Made by a program: the position numbers and the translations under genes | Shown: positions 8,591-17,585 of the stretch, piece by piece | Position numbering within the stretch: position 1 is the stretch's first letter | How the letters are laid out: each line of letters begins with the position of its first letter | Notes under the pieces: generated by a model | What the model was told of the DNA's origin: nothing | The model's database searches: none | What the model saw: the letters and a program-made list of their open reading frames with translations, nothing else | From: Candidatus Hodarchaeota archaeon | GTDB taxonomy: Archaea; Asgardarchaeota; Lokiarchaeia; Sigyniarchaeales; SOKP01 | Direction of reading: 5' to 3' | Assembly (NCBI GenBank): GCA_048886685.1 | Contig: JBHLKM010000004.1 | Location: 1 to 18,385 of the forward strand | DNA length: 18,385 nucleotides

Positions 8591-9535
8591 TCATATATTA
8601 AAACCATCTTCAAAATCATCATAATCCTCAAGATCAAATCGTTTCCTTTCTTCTTCTTTCTTTTCCTTTTTAAGTTCTTTACGTTCTTTATATGTTAGTT
8701 CGTCGTATCTTTTTGTATATATTTCCTCATATTTTTCTCTTAATGCTTCAACATCTTCTACATGCCCTAATTTCTCTTCAAGACCATCCTCGAAAAAATA
8801 ATTTTTCTTAAATTTCTTAGCAGGAATTCCAACATAAATCCAACCTGTTTCTAACTCTTGACCTACAGTTGTTACTGAATTTGCTGCAAGAATACAATTA
8901 CGTCCGATGTGGGTACCTGGCATTACTATCGAATGAGATCCTATTCTAACCCCTTCTTCAATAATAGTTTTTCTCATAATCAAGAGATTTCCTATAATCG
9001 TGGCACTTTGTACAATTGCGCCCTGTCCTACCACAACATCCCGTCCAAACTCAATCATCTCAGTGTCAACCCACCCTTCGAATAAAGAGTTTGATATTTT
9101 AGTTTTTACCCCAAACATTTTGAAACAAATATTATCTAATATTCCTGGAAATGGAAATCTATGGGCAAGCCAAACTGGCCATCTCTTAATTGTGTTGCGA
9201 AGACTCCAATAACGATAGTCCCTATCTGCTGGAACTCTTAGGAACACCCCTTCTCTTGGTTTGTGAATAGCGTTTATTATAAGCAGTAGAATCTTTGTGA
9301 AAAATATTGCGGCAAACACGATGGTAACATACATTAAAAAAGCCAGAAGCGGGAGATATGTGTAAAAATGAACTGGTCTCGAATAACTCCATAATAATTG
9401 CCAATATACCCAAAATTCTAAGAGGAGGGGAATTATACTTGCCCATATTAACAAGAAGTAAAATATTAAATATCTTTTCTTCACTAACACTGTAGGAGTG
9501 AAAGGTCCTACACGCATTGTATTTGGTACACTCAT
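8591..9535 (-). CDS. Membrane-bound left-handed beta-helix (hexapeptide-repeat) acyltransferase-like protein, single module
   Basis: Two N-terminal TM helices, HKPREGVF...YWSLR, hexapeptide repeats (IEEGVRIGSHSIVMPGTHIGRNCILAANS), YVGIPAK, highly charged tail. Its start overlaps the stop of the upstream paralog (ATGA, 9532-9535). Confidence 0.85.
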   Translation of the reverse strand: MSVPNTMRVGPFTPTVLVKKRYLIFYFLLIWASIIPLLLEFWVYWQLLWSYSRPVHFYTYLPLLAFLMYVTIVFAAIFFTKILLLIINAIHKPREGVFLRVPADRDYRYWSLRNTIKRWPVWLAHRFPFPGILDNICFKMFGVKTKISNSLFEGWVDTEMIEFGRDVVVGQGAIVQSATIIGNLLIMRKTIIEEGVRIGSHSIVMPGTHIGRNCILAANSVTTVGQELETGWIYVGIPAKKFKKNYFFEDGLEEKLGHVEDVEALREKYEEIYTKRYDELTYKERKELKKEKKEEERKRFDLEDYDDFEDGFNI

Positions 9536-11394
9536 GATTTTTCAACCTCTTTTTCAACTTTAATTAAATCTTTTTTATCCTCATCTATATTTACGTCATG
9601 TTCCATTTCAAATTTCGTTGCTCCATCCACATCACGTTTCAGTATGACATCTCTCCTTTCTTCTGCGTATTTATTTTCTTTTAATTTAATTGCAGGGATC
9701 CCAAAATACACCCACATTGGTTCTAAAACTTGATTGACTGTTGTTGAAGAAAGTGCGCCTATCACCGATTCTTTACCCATAATTGTTCCTGGAGCGATAG
9801 TTGTATGACCACCAACCATTATATAGTCATCACATACAACTTTTTTAATAATCAAATATCGACCAACCACCATACTTGACATAATAGTAGCTCCTTGTCC
9901 GATTAAACTCTTTCGCCCAAATTTAATGAATTCAGCATCACACCATGCATCATTAAGATGGCTTGAAGCATCCATATCAACACCAAATAATCTTAATGCT
10001 ACTACGTCTGTCCATGGAAGTGGGGAATTTCTCATAAACCATAAGGCGATTTTTTTTAATTCAGTTCTTAACATCCAGAATTCAAAATCTTCATCGCCAA
10101 TCTCTGCTTTAAAGACTCCTTCTTTAGGTTTATGAATTAAATTTACAAGAATTAAAAATAATTTACTAAAAAGGATGCAGGCTAAAATGAAAAAATAAAT
10201 AGAGCCAAATATCGCAAAGGGAAGAAATGATAAGATAGCAATCCAGTTCTCATCAACTAAATACCAATACCAAAATATCGAAACAATTAATCCTGCTAGC
10301 CAAAAGATTGGTAAGTAGACTGCTAAGAATTTTATGTTGACTCTACTGATCGCAGAACTCGTAGTGAAATCAAGAGATAAATCTCCGTCGGTTAAATCAC
10401 TAATATTAATTCTTTTTTCATCTGAATCACTAATTAGTTGTTCTTTTTCAGGTTGGTCATTAGATATTTCTTTTGAAACCGCTTCTGTTTTTAAATCTTT
10501 CAATAGCTTTTTATCCTTATACCCTTCAATATTTTCATTTTTCTCTAAATCTTTAGGAGATACCTTTAAGTATTTCATAGTTTTTTTTCTAAAAATTTTT
10601 CTTAATGGAATTCCCCAATAGTAATTATTTCCTTTAATAACACTATGCTTATTCGTTGATGCTAATGGGAGAAGAAAAGATTCATCATGAATCTCTGAAC
10701 CTGGACCAATTTGGCTCATAGCACTAGAGGTTACATTATCGCCGACGTTTATTTTAAAATAGGTGATATTACCAAAAATCCCTTGAATTAAGTGGCTTGC
10801 CAATGTAGAATTAACTCCAAAATAGCAATTCTTCCCGATATCAACAAATTTATCATTGCCTACAGATTCTTCTAAAGTTGTGCCTTTTCCGATCTTATCG
10901 GAACCTACAAAATTAAAAAACCAATTACTTAACCAAGGAAAGGCACCTTTCGTAAAAGAATTTTTGCCATATTTGATCATAAAGCTTCTTATATGATAAT
11001 AATTGGCAGCTCTACTACGTATATTACGCGGTATTATTCCTGATCTTGATGGAGACATCTTTTCAGTAAACTTCCAGAAAATATTTGTAGTTAATCCTAA
11101 GATAAATAAATGAAGTAAATAGCATCCTATAAGAACTAATGGCATTAATAGAAAAGTAAGTAGAGGTTTAACTTGAATAAAAATTACAAAAAAATTTGTA
11201 GTTTCTAAAAAATATGGAAGAAAAAATTGAATCAAATAAAAGAAAAAACACAAGCCAGGAATAACCCATGAAGAGTAAAAAATACAACCAAAGATCAAAA
11301 TATATAAGTGATACTGAAGATTAACTTCTTCTTTAATAATTTCGTTATGATTTAGGGGATCACTCTCCTCAGAATCTTCACTCATTTTTACCAA
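9532..11394 (-). CDS. Membrane-bound left-handed beta-helix acyltransferase-like protein, two tandem [2TM+LbH] modules (paralog A)
   Basis: Two modules, each with a TM pair and hexapeptide repeats, ending in YWGIP and YFGIPA; charged linker between them. Confidence 0.85.
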   Translation of the reverse strand: MVKMSEDSEESDPLNHNEIIKEEVNLQYHLYILIFGCIFYSSWVIPGLCFFFYLIQFFLPYFLETTNFFVIFIQVKPLLTFLLMPLVLIGCYLLHLFILGLTTNIFWKFTEKMSPSRSGIIPRNIRSRAANYYHIRSFMIKYGKNSFTKGAFPWLSNWFFNFVGSDKIGKGTTLEESVGNDKFVDIGKNCYFGVNSTLASHLIQGIFGNITYFKINVGDNVTSSAMSQIGPGSEIHDESFLLPLASTNKHSVIKGNNYYWGIPLRKIFRKKTMKYLKVSPKDLEKNENIEGYKDKKLLKDLKTEAVSKEISNDQPEKEQLISDSDEKRINISDLTDGDLSLDFTTSSAISRVNIKFLAVYLPIFWLAGLIVSIFWYWYLVDENWIAILSFLPFAIFGSIYFFILACILFSKLFLILVNLIHKPKEGVFKAEIGDEDFEFWMLRTELKKIALWFMRNSPLPWTDVVALRLFGVDMDASSHLNDAWCDAEFIKFGRKSLIGQGATIMSSMVVGRYLIIKKVVCDDYIMVGGHTTIAPGTIMGKESVIGALSSTTVNQVLEPMWVYFGIPAIKLKENKYAEERRDVILKRDVDGATKFEMEHDVNIDEDKKDLIKVEKEVEKS

Positions 11395-11522
11395 TTGATT
11401 TATATTCCTATCTATTTATTATAAGTTTTATTCAATTAAAAAACAATTGATGCTTATAATACTTTATTAGATATTTCGTTTCCTTTTAAAGTTATGAATC
11501 TAAATTAAAAAGAAATTCTACG

Positions 11523-11918
11523 ATGAAAACTCTATGTGAGAATTGCGGAAAGTGTTGTCTAGAAACAGAAATGATTCTTTCTCAACAAGATGTTGAATTA
11601 ATAAGAAAAAAGTGTCCTAATAATTTAAAAGAACAGGATTTTGTATTCAAAAACAATAATAAAAAGTTTCAATTAAAAAATATGGAAGGACATTGCGTAT
11701 TTTTTGATTACTCTTCCAAAAATTGTAATATTTATAAATATAGACCTCAAGGATGTAAATTTTACCCACTAATATTTGATGTAAATGAAGGAAAATGTAA
11801 ACTTGATGAGGATTGCCCTAGAACTAATCTATTCTACAAGAATAAACGAGAGTTTAAAACTACCTGTCAAAAATTAAAGATATTTTTAAAGAATCAATTA
11901 AATTTGAAAATATCTTAA
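11523..11918 (+). CDS. YkgJ-family cysteine-cluster (CxxCxxCC) putative Zn/Fe-chelating protein
   Basis: CENCGKCC, CVFFD, CNIYKYRPQGCKFYP motifs. Confidence 0.9.
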   Translation: MKTLCENCGKCCLETEMILSQQDVELIRKKCPNNLKEQDFVFKNNNKKFQLKNMEGHCVFFDYSSKNCNIYKYRPQGCKFYPLIFDVNEGKCKLDEDCPRTNLFYKNKREFKTTCQKLKIFLKNQLNLKIS

Positions 11919-11933
11919 ACAATTTGGGATTAT

Positions 11934-13763
11934 TTAAGTAAGATCTTTTTTATCTTTATCGATGTTTACTTCGTATTCTATTTCAAATTTCTTTTCTTCA
12001 TCTACATCTCTTTTCATTAAAATCTCTCTCTTGGATTCAGCATATTTGTTTGGTTTAAGTTTGATGCAAGGTATCCCTAAATAGATCCATCCGGGTTCAA
12101 GAATTTGAGAATATATAGACGTAGAAAGAGCGCTGACAAATGTATCTTCTCCTATAATAGTACCTGGTGCAACAGTGGAATGTCCTCCGACAAGAGAATA
12201 ATCACCACATATTACATTTTTTATAATCAAATATCGACCTACCACCATTGAAGACATAATCGTGGCTCCTTGTCCGATTAAAACTCTACGCCCAAATGTT
12301 ATAAACTCCCCATCACACCAAGAATCATATAATGAACTTGATAAAGTCATCTTTACTCCAAACCATTTAAAAGCAAGAATATCCATCCATGGAATAGGCC
12401 AATTCCGTATAAGCCATAGAACAATTTTTTTTACTTCAGTTCGTAAACACCAAAATTCGAAATCTGGGTCTCCAATTTCTGCTTTAAAGACTCCCTCTTT
12501 TGGTTTATGAATTAAATTTATCAAAATTAAAAATAATTTACTAAAAAAGAAACATCCTAATATAAAAACAAACCACATAATAATAACCATTGTTGGGAGA
12601 AAAAAAATCATTAAAATTTTATTTTTAACGTATGAGGTGAATGTATAAAATAAAATGGTATCTAGCATACCGGATAACCAAAAAATTGGGAGGTATACTA
12701 TTAAAAACTTTATATTAACTTTTGAAATTGCACTACTAGTTGTAAAATCTAATGCCAAATCCGCTTCTTTTAAATTATTATTGTTATTTTTTTCTTGCTC
12801 TTCATAAGTGCTTTCTTTACTTTTTTCGATTGCTTCATTAAACTGTCCCAAAATCTTCTCATTTTTTAATTTCTCTATTATTTTTTTATCAGTATATCCT
12901 GCAATATTTTCATTTATCTCTAAATCTTTTTGTGTTAAAGAAAGATATTCCATAGTTTTCTTTCTAAATATTTTCCTTAAAGGAATTCCCCAATAGTAGT
13001 TATTTCCTTTTAATACGCTATGCTTTCCAGCAGAAGCTAAAGGAAGTAAATATGAATTATCATGTACTTCTGATCCGGCGGCGACTAAATTTGTTCCCGC
13101 AGCAGTAACATTATCTCCTACTTTTACATGAAAATAATTAATATTTCCAAAAGTTCCATCAACCAAATGAGTTGCTAAAGCAGAGCATGCACCAAAATAA
13201 CAATTTTTTCCAACGATGCCAAATTTTTCATTACATATACTCTCCTCCAAAGTTGATCCTTTTCCAATCTCGCTTGAACCCACAAAATTGTATAACCAAT
13301 TGCTCAACCAAGGAAAGATTCCTTTATTAAATGAGGTCTTACCATATTTTATCATGAAGCTTCGAAGGTGATAATAATTAAGAGTTCTACTCGGAACATT
13401 CCTAGGGATTATACCATCTTTACTAGGAGACCTTTTTTCACTCAAGCTCCAAAAAGATCGTGTTGTTAGCCCAATAAAAAATAATCGGACTAAATAACAT
13501 CCGATTATTACTAGGGGCATAGATATTAATGCAAGAATTGGCTTCACTTGCGTGAATAGAGCTAAAGCACTTGTTACTTCTAAGAAATTAGGTAAGAAAA
13601 AAAGTAAGAAATATGTCATAAATAAAAATGCTGGAACCAGTAATGATGTGAGATAAATTGTAAAAAATATAATCAAGTACAAAGAGTACTGAACTTTGAA
13701 TTCTTCTTGGGGAACTTCATCTTCTGAAACATTTTCAGGTAATTGTTGCTCCATCGTTGTCAT
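11934..13763 (-). CDS. Membrane-bound LbH acyltransferase-like protein, two modules (paralog B)
   Basis: Colinear with paralogs A and C; shared RSFMIKYGK, GNNYYWGxPLRKIFRKKTM, LDFTTSSAIS, HKPKEGxFKAE. Confidence 0.85.
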   Translation of the reverse strand: MTTMEQQLPENVSEDEVPQEEFKVQYSLYLIIFFTIYLTSLLVPAFLFMTYFLLFFLPNFLEVTSALALFTQVKPILALISMPLVIIGCYLVRLFFIGLTTRSFWSLSEKRSPSKDGIIPRNVPSRTLNYYHLRSFMIKYGKTSFNKGIFPWLSNWLYNFVGSSEIGKGSTLEESICNEKFGIVGKNCYFGACSALATHLVDGTFGNINYFHVKVGDNVTAAGTNLVAAGSEVHDNSYLLPLASAGKHSVLKGNNYYWGIPLRKIFRKKTMEYLSLTQKDLEINENIAGYTDKKIIEKLKNEKILGQFNEAIEKSKESTYEEQEKNNNNNLKEADLALDFTTSSAISKVNIKFLIVYLPIFWLSGMLDTILFYTFTSYVKNKILMIFFLPTMVIIMWFVFILGCFFFSKLFLILINLIHKPKEGVFKAEIGDPDFEFWCLRTEVKKIVLWLIRNWPIPWMDILAFKWFGVKMTLSSSLYDSWCDGEFITFGRRVLIGQGATIMSSMVVGRYLIIKNVICGDYSLVGGHSTVAPGTIIGEDTFVSALSTSIYSQILEPGWIYLGIPCIKLKPNKYAESKREILMKRDVDEEKKFEIEYEVNIDKDKKDLT

Positions 13764-13795
13764 TTTATTAAATTTTCAATTATGATTAATATTTT

Positions 13796-15625
13796 TTAAG
13801 TGAGATCTTTTTTATCCTCATCAACATTGATTTCATGTTCAATTTCATACTTTTTCTGATTATCTACATCTCTTTTCATAAGGATTTCTCTTTGCGATTC
13901 AGTATATTTGTTTTCTTTTAATTTTATAACAGGAATCCCAAAGTAAATCCAACCTGGTTCGATAATTTGATTATATGTGGTTGCACTAATAGCACCAACA
14001 ACAGAATCTTTACCTACTATAGTTCCAGGGGCGATGGTTGATTGTCCTCCTATCACAGCAAAATCATCACAAGTTACCCTCTTTATAATTAAATAACGCC
14101 CAACAACCATAGAGGACATAACGGTGGCACCTTGACCTATAATATTCCTACGTCCAAATTCAATAAATTCGCCATCACACCAAGCATCCCATAATGAACT
14201 GGAAAGAGACATTCTTATTCCAAACCATTTAAAGGCTAATATATCCATCCAAGGAAGAGGCCAATTGCGTATAAGCCATAAAACAATTTTCCTTATTTCG
14301 ATCCGTAAACACCAAAATTCGAAATCTGGGTCTCCAGCTTCTGCTTTAAAGGTTCCTTCTTTAGGTTTATGGATTAAATTGATTAATATTAGAAATAATT
14401 TGCTGATGAAGAAACAGGCCATAATAAATATAAACCACAGAAGAATGACCATCGCAGGTAAAAAAAATGCTAAAATTATCCAAATTTGGACATAATAGGT
14501 AAATGTATAGAACCCTATTGTTACTAACATACCAGAAAGCCAAAAAATAGGTATATAAACAACTAAAAATTTTATATTTGATCTTGAAATTGCACTACTT
14601 GTTGTGAAATCAAGTGCTAAATCTTCCTCTGATAATGTATTTTTATCTATTTTTTCTTCATAAATTTCTTCGATTTTTTTTTCTTTTTCACAATTTTCAT
14701 CAATTTTAGTTGAACTATTCTCCAATTTTAAGTTTTGATAGAAAATTTTATCTCGATATTGTTTAATATTCTCATTTTTTTCTAACTCATCAGGTGTTAT
14801 ATCTAAATATTCCATGGTTTTTTTTCTGAATATTTTCCTTAACGGTAATCCCCAATAGTAATTATTTCCCTTTATTACGCTATGTTTTCCTGCAGAAGCT
14901 AAAGGAAGTAAAAAAGAGTTGTCGTAAACTTCTGAACCAGGACCTATGATGTTCATTACTGCTCCTGTAACATTGTTTCCTACTTTTACCTTAAAATAAG
15001 AGATATTTCCAAAAATTCCTTCAGTAGTGTGACTAGATATGGCAGAATTAACGCCTATATAACAGTTCTTCCCTACCTCAATAAATTTATCATTGGTAAC
15101 TGATTCTTCAAATGTTGTGCCTTTTCCGAATTTGCTGGCTCCAATAAATGGAAAGAACCAATTACTAAGCCATGGAAAGATACCTTTGGTAAATGAATTC
15201 TTTCCATATTTAATCATGAAGCTCCTTATAAGGTAATATTTAAGAATTCTACTGGGAAAATTTCTCGGGATTATGCCATTTTTAGTGGGAGACTTTTTTT
15301 CGCTCCATTTCCAAAAACCACGAGTTATTAATCCCACAAAAAATAAACGAATTATATAACAACCTATGAGAACTAATGGCATAGAGATTAATGCTAAAAA
15401 TGGTCTAAATTCAGTAAAAAGTGTAATAAAATTTGTAGTGTCTAAGAAATATGGCAAGAAAAAAAGGATCACATAACTCATAAATAGGAGCGCAGGAATA
15501 ACTAATGAACCTAAATAAATCGTAAATAACATAAAGAGATACCAAAAATATTGGAATTTAATTTCTTCTCTAATTAACTCGTTCCCAGTTTCGTTTTCAA
15601 TTGATTCCAATTTAGTCTCTGCCAT
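13796..15625 (-). CDS. Membrane-bound LbH acyltransferase-like protein, two modules (paralog C)
   Basis: Same architecture and same length (609 aa) as the adjacent paralog B; 32-bp intergenic gap; tandem duplication. Confidence 0.85.
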   Translation of the reverse strand: MAETKLESIENETGNELIREEIKFQYFWYLFMLFTIYLGSLVIPALLFMSYVILFFLPYFLDTTNFITLFTEFRPFLALISMPLVLIGCYIIRLFFVGLITRGFWKWSEKKSPTKNGIIPRNFPSRILKYYLIRSFMIKYGKNSFTKGIFPWLSNWFFPFIGASKFGKGTTFEESVTNDKFIEVGKNCYIGVNSAISSHTTEGIFGNISYFKVKVGNNVTGAVMNIIGPGSEVYDNSFLLPLASAGKHSVIKGNNYYWGLPLRKIFRKKTMEYLDITPDELEKNENIKQYRDKIFYQNLKLENSSTKIDENCEKEKKIEEIYEEKIDKNTLSEEDLALDFTTSSAISRSNIKFLVVYIPIFWLSGMLVTIGFYTFTYYVQIWIILAFFLPAMVILLWFIFIMACFFISKLFLILINLIHKPKEGTFKAEAGDPDFEFWCLRIEIRKIVLWLIRNWPLPWMDILAFKWFGIRMSLSSSLWDAWCDGEFIEFGRRNIIGQGATVMSSMVVGRYLIIKRVTCDDFAVIGGQSTIAPGTIVGKDSVVGAISATTYNQIIEPGWIYFGIPVIKLKENKYTESQREILMKRDVDNQKKYEIEHEINVDEDKKDLT

Positions 15626-15760
15626 TCGTGTTCAATATATTGAGAATAATTTAACGATTTTTAAGATATATTTTATAATAAGGTAATTTCTCTAAAAAAA
15701 TCAATGTTTAGATTTTTTCATCTTTATGGATTTGAGAAGAAAGAAATGAACGGATAAAGA

Positions 15761-16771
15761 TTAGATATGGATAATAGTTTTGATGTAATCGTTTTTTTCT
15801 TTAAAAGAACTAAAGGCTTTCATAATATCTTCTAAGTTATATTGCTTAGAAATTAATTTATCTACTTTAATTCTTCCTGACTTTAATCCCTCAATAGCTT
15901 TATCAAAAGGACCACATCTACTGCTGTATAGAGTTAACTCACGAACTACAATATCAGTGAGATTAATAGGGGTATCAATTCCATGAGTACTTTTGAAATG
16001 AATCTTACCACGGGTTCTGCATGATGCAATAACATCTTTAAGTGCATTAGGGTTTCCACTCGCATCAATTACAATATCAGCACCTAGATTATTAGTCAAT
16101 TTTTTAATTTTTTCTTGAATATTCTTTTGTTTTAACCTATTAATTATATGATGAGCTCCATATTCCTTAGCTAATTGAAGTTTATAATCTGAACCATCTA
16201 TAGCAATTAGTTCTAAATTTTTTGATAATGCTACTTGTGTAATTAATAAGCCTAACTTCCCAAGGCCGAATATAGCCATTATTTTGTCTTTCTTATCAAT
16301 TGGCATTAACTCAAATATTTGATAAGCAGCAGCAAGGGGTTCTATAAACGTAGCTGCATCGTATGGGAATGAATCTGGTATTTCATGTAATAAATAAGAT
16401 TCTAAAGCAATATATTCTGCTAATGCACCATCAATATCAATACCAATTGCTTTACGAGATTGACATTGTGAGTATAATCCTCGCTTACAATAATAGCAGT
16501 TGAAATCAATATTACTATTAATCTCAGATACAACTCGTTTATTGATCCATGATTTCTCAACATCTTTACCTATTCTTACTACTTTCCCTGCAAGTTCATG
16601 ACCTAGAACTATTGGAGTAGGGGTAGGTAAATCTCCTCTCATTATAGCCAAATCAGTCCCACAAATTCCCACAGCTTTAATGCGAACTAATACTTGAGAA
16701 TCATTAATAATCGGATCATCAACATTTTTAATTTTAATTTCCTTACCGTCAAATACCGCTGCTTTCATCAT
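15761..16771 (-). CDS. Zinc-dependent medium-chain dehydrogenase/reductase (alcohol/threonine dehydrogenase-like)
   Basis: GICGTD, LGHE, CYYC...C Zn loop, EPLAAA, Rossmann GLGKLG, SSRCGPF. Confidence 0.92.
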   Translation of the reverse strand: MMKAAVFDGKEIKIKNVDDPIINDSQVLVRIKAVGICGTDLAIMRGDLPTPTPIVLGHELAGKVVRIGKDVEKSWINKRVVSEINSNIDFNCYYCKRGLYSQCQSRKAIGIDIDGALAEYIALESYLLHEIPDSFPYDAATFIEPLAAAYQIFELMPIDKKDKIMAIFGLGKLGLLITQVALSKNLELIAIDGSDYKLQLAKEYGAHHIINRLKQKNIQEKIKKLTNNLGADIVIDASGNPNALKDVIASCRTRGKIHFKSTHGIDTPINLTDIVVRELTLYSSRCGPFDKAIEGLKSGRIKVDKLISKQYNLEDIMKAFSSFKEKNDYIKTIIHI

Positions 16772-16986
16772 ATCATCTTCTATTATAAATATTTAGTTTT
16801 AAATTTACAGAATATAATTAAAAAGGTATAATTATAGTATATAATTAATCCCTCTTTCTATAAAGCTTATAGAATCTAAACAACACTTTTTTTATCTCAG
16901 ATTAAATATAATATAACATAAATATTATTTTAAAGGATAATCTTAAACAATTTCATATAAAATTATTATTTAAAAATTCTAAAATT

Positions 16987-17529
16987 ATGAAGAAAACAAT
17001 TCTAAAATGGGAAGCGCTTGGTATATTATTTGTTGTACTAATTGGGGCTTTATTTCATTTTATGTTTGAGTTGCTGAATTATTGGAGACCTATAGGGGCA
17101 ATTTTTCCTGTCAACGAAAGTGTATGGGAGCATCTTAAATTACCTTATTGGCCATTAATAATATTTTCACTAATTGAGTACAATTTCATTAAGGAACAAG
17201 CAAAAAACTTTATTTTAGGTAAAGTAGTTTCATTTATAATAAGTATTAGTACAATATTAATTGTTTTTTATTCATACACAGCCATACTTGGAACAGAATT
17301 ACTAATTGTGGATATATTAAGCTTTATACTTGGTGTAATATTAGGGCAATTCGTAAGTTATAAAATTTTGCTACAGGAAAAACTACACATATGGTATATT
17401 TATGCATCTTGGACAGTAGCAATTGGATTTGGCATAATATTTATGATTTTTACATATTTTCCTCCAACCTTACCATTATTTCAAGACTCTGAGACCGGAC
17501 TTTATGGAATTATCGAGCATTTTATTTAG
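16987..17529 (+). CDS. DUF6512-like integral membrane protein
   Basis: About five hydrophobic helices with LFHFMFE and PVNESVWEHLKL, a motif I recognise from DUF6512-type proteins (from memory, not searched). Confidence 0.75.
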   Translation: MKKTILKWEALGILFVVLIGALFHFMFELLNYWRPIGAIFPVNESVWEHLKLPYWPLIIFSLIEYNFIKEQAKNFILGKVVSFIISISTILIVFYSYTAILGTELLIVDILSFILGVILGQFVSYKILLQEKLHIWYIYASWTVAIGFGIIFMIFTYFPPTLPLFQDSETGLYGIIEHFI

Positions 17530-17585
17530 TTTTAAAACAATTTTTATTTTCCTTTTCCTTTCTAAATATAAAAAAAATTTTTATA

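Noticed and set aside
16772-16986. AT-only palindromes (e.g. TATAATTATA) in the divergent intergenic region
   Set aside because: The region is extremely AT-rich. Divergent promoters are likely, but specific TATA or operator sites cannot be distinguished from background.
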